The notes under the pieces were generated by a model. It searched no databases. It saw only the letters and a list, made by a program, of their open reading frames with translations, and was not told where the DNA came from. A DNA stretch of 64,000 nucleotides from Mesotaenium endlicherianum (Eukaryota): the NCBI GenBank assembly GCA_009602735.1, contig WELA01003638.1:3258-67257 (forward strand). Direction: 5' to 3'. A program made the position numbers and the translations under genes. Shown here piece by piece: positions 59,929-64,000 of this stretch. How positions within the stretch are numbered: position 1 is the first letter of the stretch; every line of letters begins with the position of its first letter.

Positions 59929-62900
59929 CTAATGAGCCTCTCCGAGGCCAGATGCAACAAATGCGGCGGCAGCATCCCTGACAGACGCCTTGAAGCTCTT
60001 CTGCGAAAGGGATGTATTGGCCTTGATGCCTTCCAACAGCTCATTGTCGTGATCAATCCACTCCTTGACCTGCACGCACATCATGCACCAGTATTAAGCG
60101 TCCAATCACTAAGCGTCCATTCGTTGAGTCTCCAAATCGGCATGCGTGACTGCACATAGTGTACTCAAGTACACGTATAAGATTCCAGAGCAACTGCAAA
60201 AGTAGGACTGCATCTGCCAAGAGTGACTAGTGGAAGACGAAAGCAGCATGCCAACCCATGGAGCTATTGCTCGTACCATAAGTACAACCCCAGGCATTCC
60301 TTTCCCCAACATCAAAGCAACACCGACGCTGTCGGAATTTCTCACTGAGGAAGAAGCCCTTGGGGAGCATCACTCAACAAAGAGACCATTCAAACATGAG
60401 GCATTCATCCATAAAATACCTCCATGAGCCTGCTCTCGAGAGCCTTCTCGACCTCACGAGCACTTGCCACTTCTCGCTCCAAGCATTCCACCTGCACTCA
60501 AAGCAGAGCCAAGCCGCGCTAAGGCTGCTGTCAACGAAGCACAGAAAAGTCCATGCACATTGCAACAGCCCCAGCGTTCATTCTGAACGCGCAAGTTTAC
60601 GGGCTGGTCTGGGCTGGGCCAAAATGAGTTCCAAAAGCTCTCTCAGTTCAGACGGCTGTCCCCTATGCCCAGGAGCCTTCACTGTACAACAAGGCCAGAA
60701 CTGTTTGAAATTCTGCCTGGACCAAGCTACAGGGACAGCACGTCTCAGCCTGCAGTCGGCCTGCCTCAACAACAAGCCAGGACACGCCACCGGAAGGTGT
60801 CACACAAGTGGGGCCCAGGTCTGCTGACCTGCGTCAGATTTGGGCTGTGCTTGAAGAAGCCTCCCTCGGGCCCCAAGCCATTGCTGTAGTCTGCCCGCTC
60901 CCCATGGGCAGTGCCGTTTTGGAAAGCCCTCAGGCTGTCCTCCCACGCAGCGGCAGCAGCGACGGCTCTCTCTACTGAGCTTGCAGCTTCTAAGACTCGC
61001 CCAAGCTCAGGCGCATCTGCAGTATGAATAGGGCTGTAGCTTCCGTCGCTTTGCTTGCCGCAGCCGCCTCCCCCGTAGTGGTGACACTTGGCAGGTGTGC
61101 TGTGGCGACAGGTTGCTGGCCTAGGGTGCCGCCCGGGACTGCTGCTGGGTGAGCGCTGATGGGGGCTGTCAAACGACTTGCAGGCACTGTCCATAGCCTT
61201 CAAGCTCATGCCAGCAATGCGATCGACAAGTGTCTCGCTGTCAAGAGCTGCGTCCGCGGCCATTCTGAAGACCCGAGCAGCTGCCCTGGCGGCCGTGGCA
61301 GGAACCGTGGAGGCAGGAGATGCAGGGGGATCTTTTGCCCTCTGTTGCATCTCAGGGGCTATACGGGCATGGGCCCCGCTGGCTGAGTAGCTGCCGCTAT
61401 GATTGTCAGAATACTGGTGGGGGCCATCCGGTGCTGCCTCCTGGCCGCGCCCCAGCCTCAGCTCCTGATACACGCCAGCAGCAGCAGCAGCAACATGAGG
61501 ACCACTACACAGACAGTTGCAGCATACGCTGCGACACATCAACGGGCCATCCCAGGATACGGAGGGCAAGCTAATAAGATAAAGGCCTGAAGCTGGGAGA
61601 CACACACACATCCCAGTAGAAAAGAAACCCAAGCATCAAGTTATTGCACTGAAATCAGCAGCCAGGATAACAAGCTCGGCTATGAACCACTCTGACCCAG
61701 TCACACACGGTCGAGTGCCCCCCCCCCAACACACACAGCCCGTCATTGTCAAGCACTACTTAAAAAGCAATACGTGGAAGCTCCCCCCCTGCATCACATG
61801 GAGCTCCTGGTCACATGCTCACGGATCACATGGTACAGCAACAGGACGATAACACGCTACTAAGTACTGATTTGCGGCGACAGCAACATCAAAGCCGCCG
61901 CCGCCGCAGGGCAGCAACAGAGGAAGACTGTCTGCACCTTGTCCAGTTCTTGCACCATGAGGGAGCTCAGGGAGATGCCCTCCTGGAGGCCCTGCTCGAG
62001 GCCAAAGCTGTGGAACTTGGACAGCAGGTCCTGCCCAGCCCTGATCGTCGACGCCAGCTCTACCAGGCTCTCTGCTTTGCACTTGTTCCCAGCCGGGCTG
62101 GCCCCGGCCCCACCAGAGGAGCCTGCACGTGCCGGCGGGCTGCCAGCTGGCGGTGGCGATGCGCTAGCATCATTACCGGCGCTGAAGCTCACCGCTGCGA
62201 CAGCGCTCTGAGACGGGCCCAGGGTTCTGCAGCCGTTTGCCTCTTCCCCGACGGGCGCGTGCTGCTTCTTATTGAAGCTTGCTCGCACAATGGAGCTCCT
62301 CAGCTCTTCCAGCTCCTCCGGAAAGTTGTAGGGCGTGCCACCGGCAGCTGCCGCCGTGCCACCTGTCGCACCTGGCTTGCCAGCAGCACCAGCGGCATCA
62401 TACAACCGGGGGTCCACATCGAGAAGGGTGTCCCCGCTCAAATGCAGAGCAGCCTGCAGCGACTTGGCAAGCTCCTCCACTGCCCCTTTGGGGGGGGTGC
62501 TGGGCAGGCCAAGCTCTGCGTTGCGGCAGCTGCAGCTCAGGCAGCTGCCGAGCGAGCCCGGGTTGCTGGCGTCGCGGGGCCCGCAGCCTTGGGCAGTGGA
62601 GGAGGACGAGGAGAAGAGCATGCTCAGCACCATCTCCACAGTCACTTCTCCCATCTCCTCGCCCTTCACCTGGCTCTCCAGCCTCTGCAACTGGGCTGCC
62701 AGCTCGGCCAGCTTGTCGTCCATGCTGAGAGAGAACATGCTGCTTCCCCCCTTCCCGTTGCTGTCTTCTGCCTGGAGGCTTGCCTTCAGTTCCCACCCAT
62801 TCCCCTGTGCAGGCCTGGAGGCGGCCGTAGAAGCGGCGGCAGCAGCAGCAGCAGAGGCTTTCACTCTCTGGGGCTCTGTGCTGCTGGGGCCCGCCCAGCT

Positions 62901-63713
62901 GGCTCCCACCAGAGCTCTCTTGCTGGCAGACAGCTGTTGGGAGAGCTCGGCCAGAGGAGCGTTCAGGTACTCCAGGAACTTGGCCACTCGGAGGGGGGGC
63001 TTGTTGGGCGCCTTCAGAATGAGGTTGCTGACAGCGACGGGGGACCCCCGTTCTCTGCGGCCCTCGTCGGCGGCCGCGTCCGGGCGTTTCATGCCGTTGT
63101 TCGGCGCATAGTAGTCGTCCGAGCCCTTGTGCCGCTTAGCACGCCGAGGCGAGTCCATGTGCTCCTCCTCCGCAAACTCGTCATCAGCCAAATAGCTCCT
63201 TGCCTCTTTGCGGTCCTCCCCTCCCCTCTCCACCCAGTTGGCGGCGGCAGCAGTTGGGGCAGGAGCCCGGGCCCTGTCATCAAATCTGCCCGCCGAGCAG
63301 TGGCCAGCAGCCCCCCCCTCGACAGCCTCAGCTTCCTCGCCAGGCCTCTGGCGCGCACCTGGACTGCCACGCTCTGCTCCAGCAAGCAGAGTCAACCCCT
63401 GGAGCGTCCCCCCTGCAGATGATGCTTTCGCCTCTGCTGCGGCACGCTCCCTAGAGCCGCTCTTGTTCTCGCTCCCTGCAACTGCTGATGCTACTGGAGC
63501 GGCATTAGCAGCTGAAGCTGCAGCTCCAGCTCCAGCTCCATGCGCTTGCGCACCCGAGGCAGAGCCCTTCTTCTTGTCGCCGCCGCCGCCGCCGCCTCTC
63601 TGCTTCTCGGCGGCCCGGGCAGCCTCCTCCTCCCTCTCCTTCTCTTTGAGCTTCTCCTTCTCCAGCTTCTCCTTCCCGCGGCGCAGCTTCTTCTCCCGCT
63701 TACGCTGCGCTTT
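59929..63713 (-). CDS. 3' exons of an unidentified coiled-coil/low-complexity protein gene; exons 63713-61938, 61464-60829, 60491-60420, 60069-59929; 5' part unresolved or outside the window
   Basis: Long GC-rich ORFs joined by phase-0 GT-AG introns (VQELDK|ELRLG, NLTQ|VECLE, RLME|VKEWID...GEAH*). Confidence 0.75.
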
Positions 63714-64000
63714 CTGCATACACCACGCCCTTACCTCCAAATTGAGGGCTTCAATACATCAGACACACATGCGCAGCCCCCCCTGGAGCAGCTAACTTCC
63801 TGCTTCATGCAGGCAGCATCGCGCAATACGAGCAGCAGGACAAGACACAAACATTCAGCCATAGAACTGCGGCTCACTCGACCAATGTCTTCTTCACAAT
63901 GCCAACATCCATGGCATTCGATGCAGAGGACACAAAAACTACCAACACCATCATTCCAATGCACCACTAGAGTGGAGGTGGGTTCATGTACTATTTCAAG

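Noticed and set aside
61815..63795. Plus-strand ORFs of 535, 258 and 195 aa
   Set aside because: Antisense shadows of the GC-rich minus-strand exon, which has the consistent splice sites.

Overview
Eukaryotic window, inferred to come from a green plant or streptophyte alga because it carries a plant-type cryptochrome with GC-rich exons. Positions 1 to ~50,300 are a nest of transposons. The centrepiece is one intact Ty3/gypsy chromovirus (family A, 3570-12448, TSD ATGTG) encoding gag, a -1-frameshifted pol with a C-terminal chromodomain, and a third sense ORF of unknown function (558 aa, no transmembrane segment). That ORF3 has a conserved splice acceptor just before its ATG and occurs as two very divergent types among sister copies. 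The nest also holds three decayed A copies, two A solo LTRs, a non-autonomous LTR family B inserted into itself, solo LTRs with a tRNA-like B box, a 475-bp TRIM, a CAC-ended DNA transposon and reciprocal junctions of a ~17.2-kb inversion. Positions ~51,500-64,000 hold a plant cryptochrome gene (+), a TIR element with a 185-bp tandem array across an assembly gap, and the 3' exons of an unknown gene (-). Family names A-D are working labels only, and no database searches were run.
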